A stretch of DNA of 64,000 nucleotides from an uncultured Chloroflexia bacterium (GCA_963777165.1 CAVZPO010000023.1:479644-543643), one strand, 5' to 3'; counted from the stretch's first letter, positions 1 to 10,120 are shown. Made by a program: numbers and translations. The notes: generated by a model from the sequence alone, not told the origin.

Positions 1-11
1 GTGAGGCTTCC

Positions 12-3000
12 ATGCCGAACGATGCTGAACTGATCGCCCGCGTCCAGGATGGTGCCGCGTCCGCACACTCGCGGGCGGTGCTTGGCCGTTGGATGCGCGT
101 CCCGGAAGCCTGGGCCGCGCTACGCGCCCTCGACCCATCCGAAGTAGGCGGCGTTCAATCGCCCTTCGATCTGGCAACCCTGATGGCCGGGCGCGCCGGC
201 GGGTCGTCGACGGATTCGATCACCTGGCGAGATGCCGGGGTGGCCGCGATCCGGCCGCCGGCCGATTTCCAGGAGGTCCTTCGGCTGGCGACCGCGCTGC
301 GCCAGGGCGTTCAGACCGGCCTGTCGGCTGAGATCGCCGAGGCGATTTCGACCAGGCCGGATGTGTGGCGCTCGGCGCTGGCAATCGCCTGGCCCGATCT
401 CCCCTCCCCTTCCGACCTCGCCGCGGACTTGTTCACACGCGGAGACTTGTCGGGGGCATCCGTCCTGGCCAACGCCCTGCTCGCATCGAACGACTGCGGG
501 GCGGCGGCGGAGATGCTGCGCGAGTTGCTTGGCAACGCCGCCGCGGAGGCCCTCTCGCCTCTGCTCCAGGCGGGCGAAGACGGTTTGGCTGCTGCACTGG
601 CCCAGCGAATTCCAGGTTCCAAGGCCGCAGTGGCCTCCTACGAGGACGCGCTTACCGCGGCTGGTCGTGCCCAGGCCGAGGGCGACGTGACCCTCGCCCG
701 ACAGACACTCATTGCCGCATGGGATCGCAACAACGACCTTGGTGCGCGCTTCGGCGACCGCCTGGCCGACGCCGCCATTTCCGAAGGGGATCCGGTGTCG
801 GCGTGCGAGGCCCTCAAGCGCGCGCTCCAGCTCAACCCGACTCGCGAGCGTAAGGCCCGCGTCGCCTCCCTCCTGGCCGAGATGGGCCGAACGTCGGAAG
901 CCCATGATTGGCTCGCCGAGACCCCGGAAACCGCAAGTGAATACATTGCCGCAGCAACCGTCTGTCTTCAGGCGGGCGATCGCGGCCAGGCTGCATCGCA
1001 TGTTGCCCATGCGGTGGCGGCACTTCCGTCGGAGCCCGGTCTCCAGTCGGAGTGGCTGCAGCGGTTGTCCAATGCGACGCAGTCGATCGGGCAGCCGCAC
1101 CTGGCCGTCCCGGTCCTCGAGCGCCTTGCGCGCCATCGCCCTGAGGACCTAGACGCGCGGTACTCGCTCGCCGTGAACCTGCTGGCCGTCGGTGAACCTG
1201 ACGAGGCCGCCGCCCATGCGCTCGTCGTATGCGGTTTGAGGGGCGATTCGGCGGATGCGCGCCGGCTGCTGGCGCGATCTCTGCAGGCTGCCGGCCGACC
1301 GGGCCAGGCGATGGAGCAGTGGTCCGCCGTTCCGCAGGCGACTTCAGAGGACCGGCTCGAGGCTGCACAATGCGCCTTGATGGCGGGGCAGCCCACTTCG
1401 GCGATCGAGATCGCCCGGGAACTGCTGGTCTCCAACCCGAACTCAGCACTCGCGCTCAGTCTTCTCGGGCGCGCCATGATGGCTGCAGGCCAGCCGCATG
1501 AGGCGCTGCCACAGCTCCAGGACGCGTGCGCAGCCGATCCACGCCAGCCCGAAACGTGGAAAGCCCTGGCGGAGTGCCAGGCCGCTGTCGGAGACCTGCA
1601 GGCCGCGGGCACGACGTTGGCCGCCGCGGTTCAGGCTGCGCCCGGAAACGGCGGCCTGCTGCATGCATACGCTGCCTGGCTTCGCCAGGAGGGTCGGACA
1701 AGCGAGGCACTGGAGGCCGCTGCGCAGGCGGTGGCCGCGTCCGGTGCCCCATTCGAATGGCGTCTCGAGTACGGCGAACTGCTCGTCACCCTCGGGCACT
1801 TCGAGCAGGCGGCAGAGGTCCTGCACGAGGCACTCGCGCTCCGCCCGGCCTCCTGGCCAACGCGCCGAGCGCTGGCTGAATCGTTTCTCGGCCAGGGCCT
1901 CCTTGCCCCGGCTGCCGACGTCGTCGGTTCGATTGCCGACGGCGCTGAACCGACGGCCCTCGCATTCGCCGGCCGTGTCCTCGCCCTGCAGGCAGATGCC
2001 TCGCGCGATCAGACGCTGGCCCGCCGCGCCCTCGCCCTGCTCGAGCGTTCGGTTAGTAATGTCCCATCTCCCGAAACCGAGGTGTGGCTTGCGAAGGCAC
2101 TGGAGACCTGCCACGACATCGAGCAGGCCTTCGAACACTACCGCGCGGCACTCGAGGAGCCCGACGCCCTGCAGCCCGAGTCTCACCTGGCTGCTTCCCT
2201 CGGTCTGGCGCGCTGCGCGACTGCCCTTCACCACGCACCGGCGGCAATCCACGCCCTCGAATCCGCCGCCGCCGTCCACGGCGCATCGGCGGACCTGGAA
2301 GTCGCCTTGTCGGCCGCGTATGCTGCGGGCGGCCAACATCAGCGTTCGCTGCAAGCCGCACAGCGTGCCTCGGAACTTGCTCCGGGCGAGGCATCGCTCC
2401 GGCAGCTCACACAAGCGGCTGCCCAGGCTGGCGAGAGCGGGATGGCGCTCGACGCCATCCGCAAACTCACCACACTCCAGCCATCGAACCCGCACGTCTG
2501 GCTCAGCGTGGCCGAGCTTTCGGGCCAGGCGAACGATCTGCCATCCGCGCGTCAGGCCCTAGCGACCGGGATCCGATTGGCAAACGCCGACGCCTCCGCC
2601 TGGTCCCGCGCCTCCGACCTGCTGTTGCGGCATGCTCGGCCCGCCTCAGCCCAGCGGGCTGTGCGGCGCGCCCTCTCGTGCGCGCCTCTGGATCCCGATC
2701 TCGTCCGGCAGATGGCGGAGGTCAGCCAGCACGCCGGCGACGACCTCACCGCGCAGCGCGCCTGGGTGCGCCTGGCCGAATTGCGCCACCAAGATCCCGA
2801 GGGGTTGAAGCTGGCAGCGCGATCCCTGTCGCTGCTTGGCCAGCGCGCCGTCGCCATCGGTATCTGGCAGCGCGCCGCCTCGCTCGATCCGCAAGATGCA
2901 GACACGCAGAGCGACCTGGCACGCGCCTATCTGACGGAAGGGGATGCAGCCCGCGCCCTTAGCCACTACCGAAGTGTGACCTCCGCGCTCCCCTGCGACC

Positions 3001-5075
3001 TGGGCATGACGCTCGAGGCGGCTGCGGCCGAATTGCACTACGGCTCGCCTGAAGCAGCCGTCGAGTTGTACCGCGCTGCTACGAAGGAAGCCCCGCAGGA
3101 GACAGCCGCCTGGCTCGGCCTGGGCGAAGGGCTGCTGATGCTCCGACAGCCCCACGAAGCTCGCCAGGCGCTCGAGACCGCGCACCGGCTCGACAAGTCC
3201 CGTGTCCAGATCATGGGGTCGCTGGCAATCGCCGCGCTGGACACCAACGATGCGCCGATGGCCGCCGCGATCTACCAGAGCGCCCAACGGCACACGTGTG
3301 AGAACGCCTCAGCTGCTGCAGCGCTGGCGCACGCTGCACTGGCGCTTCTCCAATGGGACGAGGCGCTGCCGGCGTTGGATCACCTGAATGCCTCGGCCCC
3401 CTCCCTCGCGTCCCTTCGGGCAAGCGTGGAGACCCGGTTGCGCCTGGCGGATGCCGCCTGGCTGTTCCAGTCCGCCGCCGCCCATATGCACGCCCCTGAC
3501 CCAGCTTGGCGCACCGACGCCGCCTGGGCCGAAGTGCTCACCTTGATCGAGCGCCTCGCCGCCGTAGCCCCTTCCTGGGAGGCGGAGCGGCTTCGTCAGA
3601 GGGCCTCAGTCACCTACGACCGGCTCGACCCGGCGATCCTGATCGAAACGGCACGTACCGATCCGTCCGGCGAAACACTGGAAGGGCTGGCGATCGCGCT
3701 GCTGCGCAACGGACGCCCGTCCGAGGCATTCGAGCTGATCGGGCGCGGCGCACCGGCGCCCTCCGGCCGCTGGCATCGTTTGCTCGCCGGCATCGCCCTG
3801 ATTGACCTCGGCCAGTTCGAACACGCGCGCAAGGCGCTGGACGAAGCGTCGTCCGATGCCGCGCTGCGCCCGCTGGCCGGATTCCTGATCGCACGCACCT
3901 ACCTGCACCAGGGTGACCCGGAGTTGTTCGCATCCCGAGTGAGCAATTCGTTGGTGGAATGGAACGACGAACCGGCGTGGCACTTCGAGCTGGCCAACGC
4001 GTACTTGCATCTTGGCCAAACTGACGCCGCCCTGCCTCACCTGCATCAGGCCTCCGATCTGGCGCCGTCGGTCGGCGACTACTCGTTGGCGCTGGCACGC
4101 ACGGCCCTGCAAGCTGGCGACCTTCTCGGCGCACAAGCCGGCTTCGCCCGTGCCGTCGAGGACCATCCGTCCATCGGACAGGTATGGAAGGAAGCCGGGC
4201 TGTGCGCCTTGTCCAACGGCGACGGTGCGACGGCAGATGCATGGCTCGAGCACGCCCGCCGGCTCCTTCCCGGCGACGTGGAGACGCTGATCGGCGCGGC
4301 ACGAGCCAGCCTGGCCAGCGGTGAAGTCCGCCAGGCCCATCAGCACACCCAAGCCGCCTATCACTTGGCTCCGGACGATTCCGAAGTCTTGCAGGTTCTG
4401 GGTGAGGTGTTTGCCCGGCAAGGCAAGCTTGATCGAGCGCTGCAATCCTTCGACCGCGCCCTCAAACGCGCCGTCGACCCCCTTCCCGTCCACGTCGCCC
4501 GGAGCCGACTACTGGTCAACATCGGCCGCCCAGATCAGGCCGTGGCAGCGTTGAAGGGTGCCATCGCACTGGCGCCCGAGTCCGATGCGGGCTGGGCTGC
4601 GCTGGCGGAAATCGAAGAGGCGGCCGGGCATCTCACCGAGGCGCTCGACGCCTCCGCGCGTGCGGCGCAGCTCTCGCCGAACGGCCTCGGCCACCATATC
4701 CAGCTTGGACGGCTGTGCCGAAAGGCCGGCCAGCTTGACCGTGCTTTGGATGAACTGCTGCATGCCCAGACTGCGGGGCGCAACGACGGTGCGTTGTCGT
4801 TTGAGATCGGTCGCGTGTACGAAGACCGGCGCGAGTTCAAGCGCTCGCTCGACGCCTACCAGCGGACCATCGATCTCGACTCGTCCCATGGCGAGGCGCA
4901 CTTCCGCGCCGGCGTCGTCCTCAAGATGATCAAGGCCTACCCGCAGGCCGGCAAGATGCTCAAGCGGGCGGTCGAACTCAATCCCAGGGATCCCGAAGCG
5001 CTGCACCAGCTGGCCGCCGTTCGCGCGCTGGAACTGGTCCACGGCGGGATCGCTCAACAGGCGGTGGCCCGATGA
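12..5075 (+). CDS. Very large tetratricopeptide-repeat (TPR) protein, 1687 aa
   Basis: Long ORF of successive ~34-aa A/L-rich helical repeats (e.g. ALSLLGRAMMAAGQPHEALPQLQDACAADP, AHFRAGVVLKMIKAYPQAGKMLKRAVELNP). GAGG at 3-6 precedes the ATG. The frame is open upstream to the window edge, so the start is not fully certain. The stop overlaps the next ATG (ATGA, 5072-5075). Confidence 0.9.
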   Translation: MPNDAELIARVQDGAASAHSRAVLGRWMRVPEAWAALRALDPSEVGGVQSPFDLATLMAGRAGGSSTDSITWRDAGVAAIRPPADFQEVLRLATALRQGVQTGLSAEIAEAISTRPDVWRSALAIAWPDLPSPSDLAADLFTRGDLSGASVLANALLASNDCGAAAEMLRELLGNAAAEALSPLLQAGEDGLAAALAQRIPGSKAAVASYEDALTAAGRAQAEGDVTLARQTLIAAWDRNNDLGARFGDRLADAAISEGDPVSACEALKRALQLNPTRERKARVASLLAEMGRTSEAHDWLAETPETASEYIAAATVCLQAGDRGQAASHVAHAVAALPSEPGLQSEWLQRLSNATQSIGQPHLAVPVLERLARHRPEDLDARYSLAVNLLAVGEPDEAAAHALVVCGLRGDSADARRLLARSLQAAGRPGQAMEQWSAVPQATSEDRLEAAQCALMAGQPTSAIEIARELLVSNPNSALALSLLGRAMMAAGQPHEALPQLQDACAADPRQPETWKALAECQAAVGDLQAAGTTLAAAVQAAPGNGGLLHAYAAWLRQEGRTSEALEAAAQAVAASGAPFEWRLEYGELLVTLGHFEQAAEVLHEALALRPASWPTRRALAESFLGQGLLAPAADVVGSIADGAEPTALAFAGRVLALQADASRDQTLARRALALLERSVSNVPSPETEVWLAKALETCHDIEQAFEHYRAALEEPDALQPESHLAASLGLARCATALHHAPAAIHALESAAAVHGASADLEVALSAAYAAGGQHQRSLQAAQRASELAPGEASLRQLTQAAAQAGESGMALDAIRKLTTLQPSNPHVWLSVAELSGQANDLPSARQALATGIRLANADASAWSRASDLLLRHARPASAQRAVRRALSCAPLDPDLVRQMAEVSQHAGDDLTAQRAWVRLAELRHQDPEGLKLAARSLSLLGQRAVAIGIWQRAASLDPQDADTQSDLARAYLTEGDAARALSHYRSVTSALPCDLGMTLEAAAAELHYGSPEAAVELYRAATKEAPQETAAWLGLGEGLLMLRQPHEARQALETAHRLDKSRVQIMGSLAIAALDTNDAPMAAAIYQSAQRHTCENASAAAALAHAALALLQWDEALPALDHLNASAPSLASLRASVETRLRLADAAWLFQSAAAHMHAPDPAWRTDAAWAEVLTLIERLAAVAPSWEAERLRQRASVTYDRLDPAILIETARTDPSGETLEGLAIALLRNGRPSEAFELIGRGAPAPSGRWHRLLAGIALIDLGQFEHARKALDEASSDAALRPLAGFLIARTYLHQGDPELFASRVSNSLVEWNDEPAWHFELANAYLHLGQTDAALPHLHQASDLAPSVGDYSLALARTALQAGDLLGAQAGFARAVEDHPSIGQVWKEAGLCALSNGDGATADAWLEHARRLLPGDVETLIGAARASLASGEVRQAHQHTQAAYHLAPDDSEVLQVLGEVFARQGKLDRALQSFDRALKRAVDPLPVHVARSRLLVNIGRPDQAVAALKGAIALAPESDAGWAALAEIEEAAGHLTEALDASARAAQLSPNGLGHHIQLGRLCRKAGQLDRALDELLHAQTAGRNDGALSFEIGRVYEDRREFKRSLDAYQRTIDLDSSHGEAHFRAGVVLKMIKAYPQAGKMLKRAVELNPRDPEALHQLAAVRALELVHGGIAQQAVAR

Positions 5076-7666
5076 TCGATCGTTCTTCTCTGCTTGGTCT
5101 GCTCCGCAGCTCGGCCCTGGCGCGTCGTTTCGACTTCGCCCGCGCCGCCGCCCTCGATTGGCTGGCGGTGTGGCCGGGCGACGCGGAAGTCCAACACCTG
5201 CTGGCCCAGGCGGAGATCGAGCTCGGGCACGATGATCTGGCCATCGACAGGCTCCTTCGCCTGGTGTCAGTCGATCCGGAGGATACACAGGCCTATCTGT
5301 TGCTGGCCGAAAACCTGCGCCGCCGGGGTGATGCTGCTCGGGCACGCGTGTTCGCCGCCTGCGGCCGCGCGCTGCGCAGCGTCGATCCCGACCGCAACGC
5401 CACCCCCGCATGGGCGGCAGCCCTCACGCGTGCGATTCGCGGTTTGTCCCAAGGCGATACTGCCGCGGCGCTTCAGCAGGCTGCGCTGGCGTTGTCAGCC
5501 GATCCTGACAGCCCCTTACCGACACTGGTCGCACTCAAGGCGCACCTCAGCCTTGGTGACCACCCGGCGGCGGCGGCGCTGGCGGCTGCCTCACACAAGC
5601 GCTGGCCGGAGTGCGTCGCGCTGCGCCTGATGCACGCCTCGGCGTTGATGGAGGCAGGCCAGACATCGGCCGCCGTGGATGCCCTCCACCGAGCCTCGGT
5701 CGACGATCCGACCGGCGCGATCACGCGCCGCTGGCTCGGCCCCTCACATCCGTATGGAGATCTGTGGCCGGCCAGTCTGCAGGCGCACATGAGCCGGCCT
5801 GTGCCCGCGGATGTCGCCGCGGCGATGGGCGACAACCGGCTGGCGGCCGGCACGCCGGAGGATCGGCAGGTCGAGGCGCCTGCGCCGTCCAAGGCCGCTC
5901 CGTTGATCGAGTCCGACGAGGATCTCCCGACTCCGGAGCCGTGGGAGGCATTCCGCGGCCCCAACGCCGCGGAGCGCGACGTCGAGATCGGCGTCACTCC
6001 GGAGGCGGAGATCGAGCGCGAGATGGCGCGGCTCTCCGTGAAGGTGAAAGCCCGAACGCTGGAGCGCAATCGCGACCGGCGCGTCCCTTCGTACATCTTG
6101 CTCTCGAGCGAGACGCGCCTGATGCAGCAGTTTGGCCCAGCCGGTTTCAAGCTGGTCGATGCTGCCTTGTATGACTTGTGCGATGCGGTGCGGCGGCGTA
6201 AGGGCTGGACCGCACACCGTGTGTACATCGATGATCCGGGCAGCCTGCGGCCGTTCGGTCTCACGCCGGCCGACCCCGGGAATGCCTGGCAGATCAAGCT
6301 CCGGCTGGCCGATCTCGATGTCGCCCTGCGCCGCAAGGGCGAGATGATCGGATCGGTGCTGATCATCGGCGGAGAGAGCGTCATCCCGTTCCACCGACTC
6401 CCCAACCCCACCGATGACGATGACGATGCGGTGCCGTCCGACAATCCGTATGCCACGCCGGACGAGAACTACTTCGCGCCCGAGTGGGCCGTGGGCAGGA
6501 TCCCGGTCGACGACGATGCCGCCCTGTTGGTTCGCGTGCTGGGCACCGCTGCAAGGACCCATCGGACCGCCCTGCAGCCGCGGGGCCCCTTCGCGGGATT
6601 GCGCGCATGGCTTCAAGCGCGCTTCGGCCGGCTCCTGTCGGGCGAGGCGCGCGCCTTCGGCTACAGTGCCAGCATCTGGCGCCGGTCGTCTATGGCCGTC
6701 TACCGTTCGATCGGCGAGCCTCGCTCGTTGGTCACCTCCCCACCGGCCGAAGCGGGCGCACTTCCGTCGCCGGCGATGCGCGGGCCGCGTTTGTCGTACT
6801 TCAACCTGCACGGGCTGGAGGACTCCCCCGAATGGTTCGGGCAGCGTGACCCCCTGCGCGAGCCGGACGCGCCTGAGTACCCGGTCGCGCTCCGGCCGGG
6901 CGATGTGGTCAACGGCGGGCGCGCGCCCAAGGTGGTCTTCACCGAGGCGTGCTACGGCGCCAACACGCTTGGCAAGAGCTCCGAGACGGCGCTGTGCCTC
7001 AAGTTCCTCGATTCGGGCAGCGACGTCGTCGTGGGCTCCACCAAGATCTCCTACGGATCGGTGACCCCTCCGCTGATCGCCGCCGATCTGCTAGGCCGCT
7101 CCTTCTGGGATAATTTGTCCGCCGGCCTCCCCGCCGGGGAAGCCCTGCGGCGCGCCAAGGTTGACCTGGCAACCGAGATGGTCAAGCGTCAGGGGTACGT
7201 GGACGGGGAAGATCAGAAGACTCTGATTTCGTTCGTCCTGTACGGAGATCCGCTCTTCATGCTGACGCCGGCGCGTGTGCCGCTGACCGGCAAGGTGATC
7301 GTCCGCCGAACCACGCGTCCAGCCGAGGTCAAGACCGCCTGTGCCCTCAACGACGGCTGCGCGCCGGATGGCATGCTGCTCGACCAGGCTTCCGCCGACC
7401 GTGTTCGCGGCATCGTTGCCCACTACCTGCCCGGGATGGCGGACGCCGTGGCCCGCGTTCACAGCCAGCACTGCGGATGCGCAGGAGAGGGTCACGCCTG
7501 CCCGACGTCTCAGATCGGATCCAAGCAGGCCGGCCAATCCGACGCCGGGACGACTGTCGTCACCCTCTCCAAAGCCGTCGCCGACGGCACCCACCTTCAC
7601 GCCCGGTATGCCCGGTTGACCCTCGATCCAACCGGGAAGGTGCTGAAGCTGGCGGTCTCCAGGTAG
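5072..7666 (+). CDS. TPR + peptidase C25 (gingipain-like, clan CD) cysteine protease with a Cys-rich C-terminal extension
   Basis: On the + strand: ATGATCGATCGT at 5072 and TAG at 7664-7666 (the ORF track strand label is wrong). N-terminal TPRs, then C25-type motifs IIGGESVIPF, SDNPYA, VGRIP, YFNLHG (His580, 6809-6811), FTEACYG (Cys627, 6950-6952) and FVLYGDP. Confidence 0.8.
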   Translation: MIDRSSLLGLLRSSALARRFDFARAAALDWLAVWPGDAEVQHLLAQAEIELGHDDLAIDRLLRLVSVDPEDTQAYLLLAENLRRRGDAARARVFAACGRALRSVDPDRNATPAWAAALTRAIRGLSQGDTAAALQQAALALSADPDSPLPTLVALKAHLSLGDHPAAAALAAASHKRWPECVALRLMHASALMEAGQTSAAVDALHRASVDDPTGAITRRWLGPSHPYGDLWPASLQAHMSRPVPADVAAAMGDNRLAAGTPEDRQVEAPAPSKAAPLIESDEDLPTPEPWEAFRGPNAAERDVEIGVTPEAEIEREMARLSVKVKARTLERNRDRRVPSYILLSSETRLMQQFGPAGFKLVDAALYDLCDAVRRRKGWTAHRVYIDDPGSLRPFGLTPADPGNAWQIKLRLADLDVALRRKGEMIGSVLIIGGESVIPFHRLPNPTDDDDDAVPSDNPYATPDENYFAPEWAVGRIPVDDDAALLVRVLGTAARTHRTALQPRGPFAGLRAWLQARFGRLLSGEARAFGYSASIWRRSSMAVYRSIGEPRSLVTSPPAEAGALPSPAMRGPRLSYFNLHGLEDSPEWFGQRDPLREPDAPEYPVALRPGDVVNGGRAPKVVFTEACYGANTLGKSSETALCLKFLDSGSDVVVGSTKISYGSVTPPLIAADLLGRSFWDNLSAGLPAGEALRRAKVDLATEMVKRQGYVDGEDQKTLISFVLYGDPLFMLTPARVPLTGKVIVRRTTRPAEVKTACALNDGCAPDGMLLDQASADRVRGIVAHYLPGMADAVARVHSQHCGCAGEGHACPTSQIGSKQAGQSDAGTTVVTLSKAVADGTHLHARYARLTLDPTGKVLKLAVSR

Positions 7667-7717
7667 CCACAATCTGGCACCCTTCTTGCATCATGGCCAT
7701 CACGCAAGGAAACCGGC

Positions 7718-9004
7718 GTGATGGCCATGAATCGTCTTGGCTTCCACTATTACCCCGACGACCAGCACTTCACCGAGAAGGACCTCTCGGCCTGGCTGCC
7801 CGCCCTCTCCGCGCTCGGCGCCGGCTGGCTGACCGTCCGCAGCTCGGCCTCGCGTGCCGTCCCGGAGCCGTTCCTGCGCGGCCTTCTCGAGGCCGGTATC
7901 GCGCCGATCATCACCCTCCCCCTGCGCCTGGCCTCGATCCGGCCGGCGGAACTCAGCGGACTCCTCGAGGCATACGCCCATTGGGGGGTCCGGCACGTCG
8001 TCATTGGTGATCGCCCGAACACGCGGGCGCAATGGGAGCCGGCCGAATGGGGGCGTTCGGCGCTCGTCGAGCGCTACCTCGATCGGCTGATCCCCTTCCT
8101 GCAGGCCCAGCGGACCGCAGGCCTTCAGCCCGTTATGCCAGCCCTGGAACCGGGCGGCGACTACTGGGATACAGCCTTCCTGGCAAGCACGTTGGCCGCA
8201 CTCCAGCGCAGGGGACAGCAGTCCCTCGTGCGCGATCTGGCCATCGGGATGTATGCCTGGTCGTCCGGCCGATCGCTGGATTGGGGGCGCGGAGGCGCCC
8301 GCGCGTGGCCTTCCGTGCGCCCGTACCACAACGCAACCGATGCACAGGATCAGCGCGGCTTCCGGGCTTTCGATTGGTACGCGCAAATCGCGAATGAGGC
8401 GGTTGGGCGTTCCCTCCCGATGCTGGTCCTCGGCGGCGGGATCGGGCAGGCGTGGGATCCGGAATCAGACTCCGAGACCGGCGACCTGATCGGGATGGTT
8501 AAGGCGCTCACCACGGCCGACGTCCCGGACTCGCTTCTGGCCTTCAACGTTTACCTGCTGTGCGCCGACCCCGAAGCTGCGGAACATTCGTCGGCCCTGT
8601 ATGCCGATCCGAGCTCGCCGCGCGCCGCTGCCCGCGCCCTGTTCGCTCACGCGGCGCAGTCGGCAGGCGAAGCGGCGCCCAAGACGGCCAGGACCATCAG
8701 CCACTACTTGCTGCTGCCCACGAATGGAACCCTGGGACAAGACGAGTGGAATGCGCTGGCGGAGTACGTCCTCGTCTGGCGGCCCGTGATCGGGTTCTCG
8801 ATCAGCGAGGCCAGCCTGGCCTCCGAAGTGACGCTGGTGGGCGACAGCCGTGCGCTGCCCGTCAGCGTAGAAGACGACCTACGCGTCGCCGGATGCGTCG
8901 TCCGGCGAGTCATCCCTCAAGCCACGTCGGGGCCCGCCTCGGTGGTGTCGCCCGCTGCGGCCCCGGGCCCTTCGATTCTTGCCGCAGGAGTCAGCCATGG
9001 ATAA
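7718..9004 (+). CDS. Glycoside-hydrolase clan-A-like TIM-barrel protein (apparently inactive) with a C-terminal cell-wall-binding-2-like domain
   Basis: GH5/39-like pattern (LGFHYY, LGAGWLTV, GVRHVVIGDRPN, PALEPGG, IGMYAW). The C-terminus VTLVGDSRALPVSVEDDLRVAGCVVRRV resembles the CW_binding_2 repeat. Start is GTG 7718 or ATG 7721/7727, after AAGGA. Confidence 0.55.
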   Translation: MMAMNRLGFHYYPDDQHFTEKDLSAWLPALSALGAGWLTVRSSASRAVPEPFLRGLLEAGIAPIITLPLRLASIRPAELSGLLEAYAHWGVRHVVIGDRPNTRAQWEPAEWGRSALVERYLDRLIPFLQAQRTAGLQPVMPALEPGGDYWDTAFLASTLAALQRRGQQSLVRDLAIGMYAWSSGRSLDWGRGGARAWPSVRPYHNATDAQDQRGFRAFDWYAQIANEAVGRSLPMLVLGGGIGQAWDPESDSETGDLIGMVKALTTADVPDSLLAFNVYLLCADPEAAEHSSALYADPSSPRAAARALFAHAAQSAGEAAPKTARTISHYLLLPTNGTLGQDEWNALAEYVLVWRPVIGFSISEASLASEVTLVGDSRALPVSVEDDLRVAGCVVRRVIPQATSGPASVVSPAAAPGPSILAAGVSHG

Positions 9005-10109
9005 CGCACCTCGCACTCCCACCCAGCGCACGATCCCGGCTCAAGAGCCGCCAACCGTCGGCCAGGCGCGCGTCAAGGTGCTCGGTCTGGGCGGCGGCGG
9101 ATCGAATGCCGTGAACCGCATGATCGAGCTCGGGCTGACCGGCGTCGAATTCATCGCCGCCAACACCGATCGTCAGGCGCTGGCCTCGAGCCTGGCGCCC
9201 ACCCGGCTGGTGCTCGGCCCGCGCGTGACGCGCGGCCTGGGCGCCGGCGGCAATCCGAAGACCGGAGCGACCGCGGCGATGGAAAGCAGCCGCGAGCTGG
9301 CAGCCGCGCTGGCCGGGGCCGACATGGTATTCATCACCGCTGGCATGGGCGGCGGCACCGGCACAGGTGCAGCGGCCGTCGCGGCCGAAATCGCTCGCGA
9401 AGCCGGTGCCGTCGTGATCGCCGTCGTCACACTCCCGTTCTCATTCGAGATGACCCGGCGATCGCATAACGCGCTCGATGGTGTGCGGTTGCTTCAACCG
9501 CACACTCATACGTTGATCACCGTTCCAAACGATCGACTGTTGCAGGTCGCCCCTCGGGATGTCAGCCTGGAGGTCGCATTCCGGCTGGCGGATGACGTGC
9601 TGCGCCAGGGCGTGCAGGCCGTCTCCGAATTGATTACGCACGCCGGGCTGATCAATGTAGACTTCGCCCACGTGCGCGCGCTGATGGAGCGCGGCGGAGG
9701 CGCGTTGATGGCCGTGGGCGTCGCCGAAGGGCCGGACAAGGCGCGCGACGCCATCCACCAGGCCCTGCATCACCCGCTCCTGGGGGTCGACAGCCTGGAG
9801 TACGCCAATGGCGCCCTGGTGCACTTCACCGGCGGCGAAGACCTGACCCTGTTCGAGGTCAGCGAGGCGGTCGATGAGCTGCGCGCTTCGCTGGCGCCGG
9901 ACACCGACATCATCCTCGGGGCGACGACCGAGCCTTCGATGGAGGGCCGAACCCAGGTCATCCTGATCGTGACCGGGATCGGTGGTCGCCCGATGCCGGC
10001 GACGGTCGAGCGCGTCCCGCAGACGGCCTCGCTGGCCGCTGCACCCGCTGCCGAAGATGATCTCGACCTGCCGACCTTCCTGCGCCGGCGGGTCGCCGTC
10101 GGCTCATGA
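8997..10109 (+). CDS. ftsZ: FtsZ-family tubulin-like GTPase (probable divergent paralogue)
   Basis: KVLGLGGGGSNAVNRM, ANTDRQAL, GLGAGGNP, AGMGGGTGTG tubulin signature, and C-terminal peptide DDLDLPTFLRRR. AGGAG RBS before ATG 8997. T7 loop reads NVDFAHV. Confidence 0.93.
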   Translation: MDNAPRTPTQRTIPAQEPPTVGQARVKVLGLGGGGSNAVNRMIELGLTGVEFIAANTDRQALASSLAPTRLVLGPRVTRGLGAGGNPKTGATAAMESSRELAAALAGADMVFITAGMGGGTGTGAAAVAAEIAREAGAVVIAVVTLPFSFEMTRRSHNALDGVRLLQPHTHTLITVPNDRLLQVAPRDVSLEVAFRLADDVLRQGVQAVSELITHAGLINVDFAHVRALMERGGGALMAVGVAEGPDKARDAIHQALHHPLLGVDSLEYANGALVHFTGGEDLTLFEVSEAVDELRASLAPDTDIILGATTEPSMEGRTQVILIVTGIGGRPMPATVERVPQTASLAAAPAAEDDLDLPTFLRRRVAVGS

Positions 10110-10120
10110 GGAGGCAGGGC

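Noticed and set aside
5072..7666. ORF track lists the 864-aa ORF on the minus strand
   Set aside because: The protein MIDRSSLL... is read directly from the + strand (ATG at 5072, TAG at 7664-7666), so the strand label is an error.
5072..7666. Craspase or other CRISPR-associated TPR-CHAT effector
   Set aside because: The motifs fit C25 better than CHAT, and there are no Cas7-11, csx30/31 genes or array in the window.
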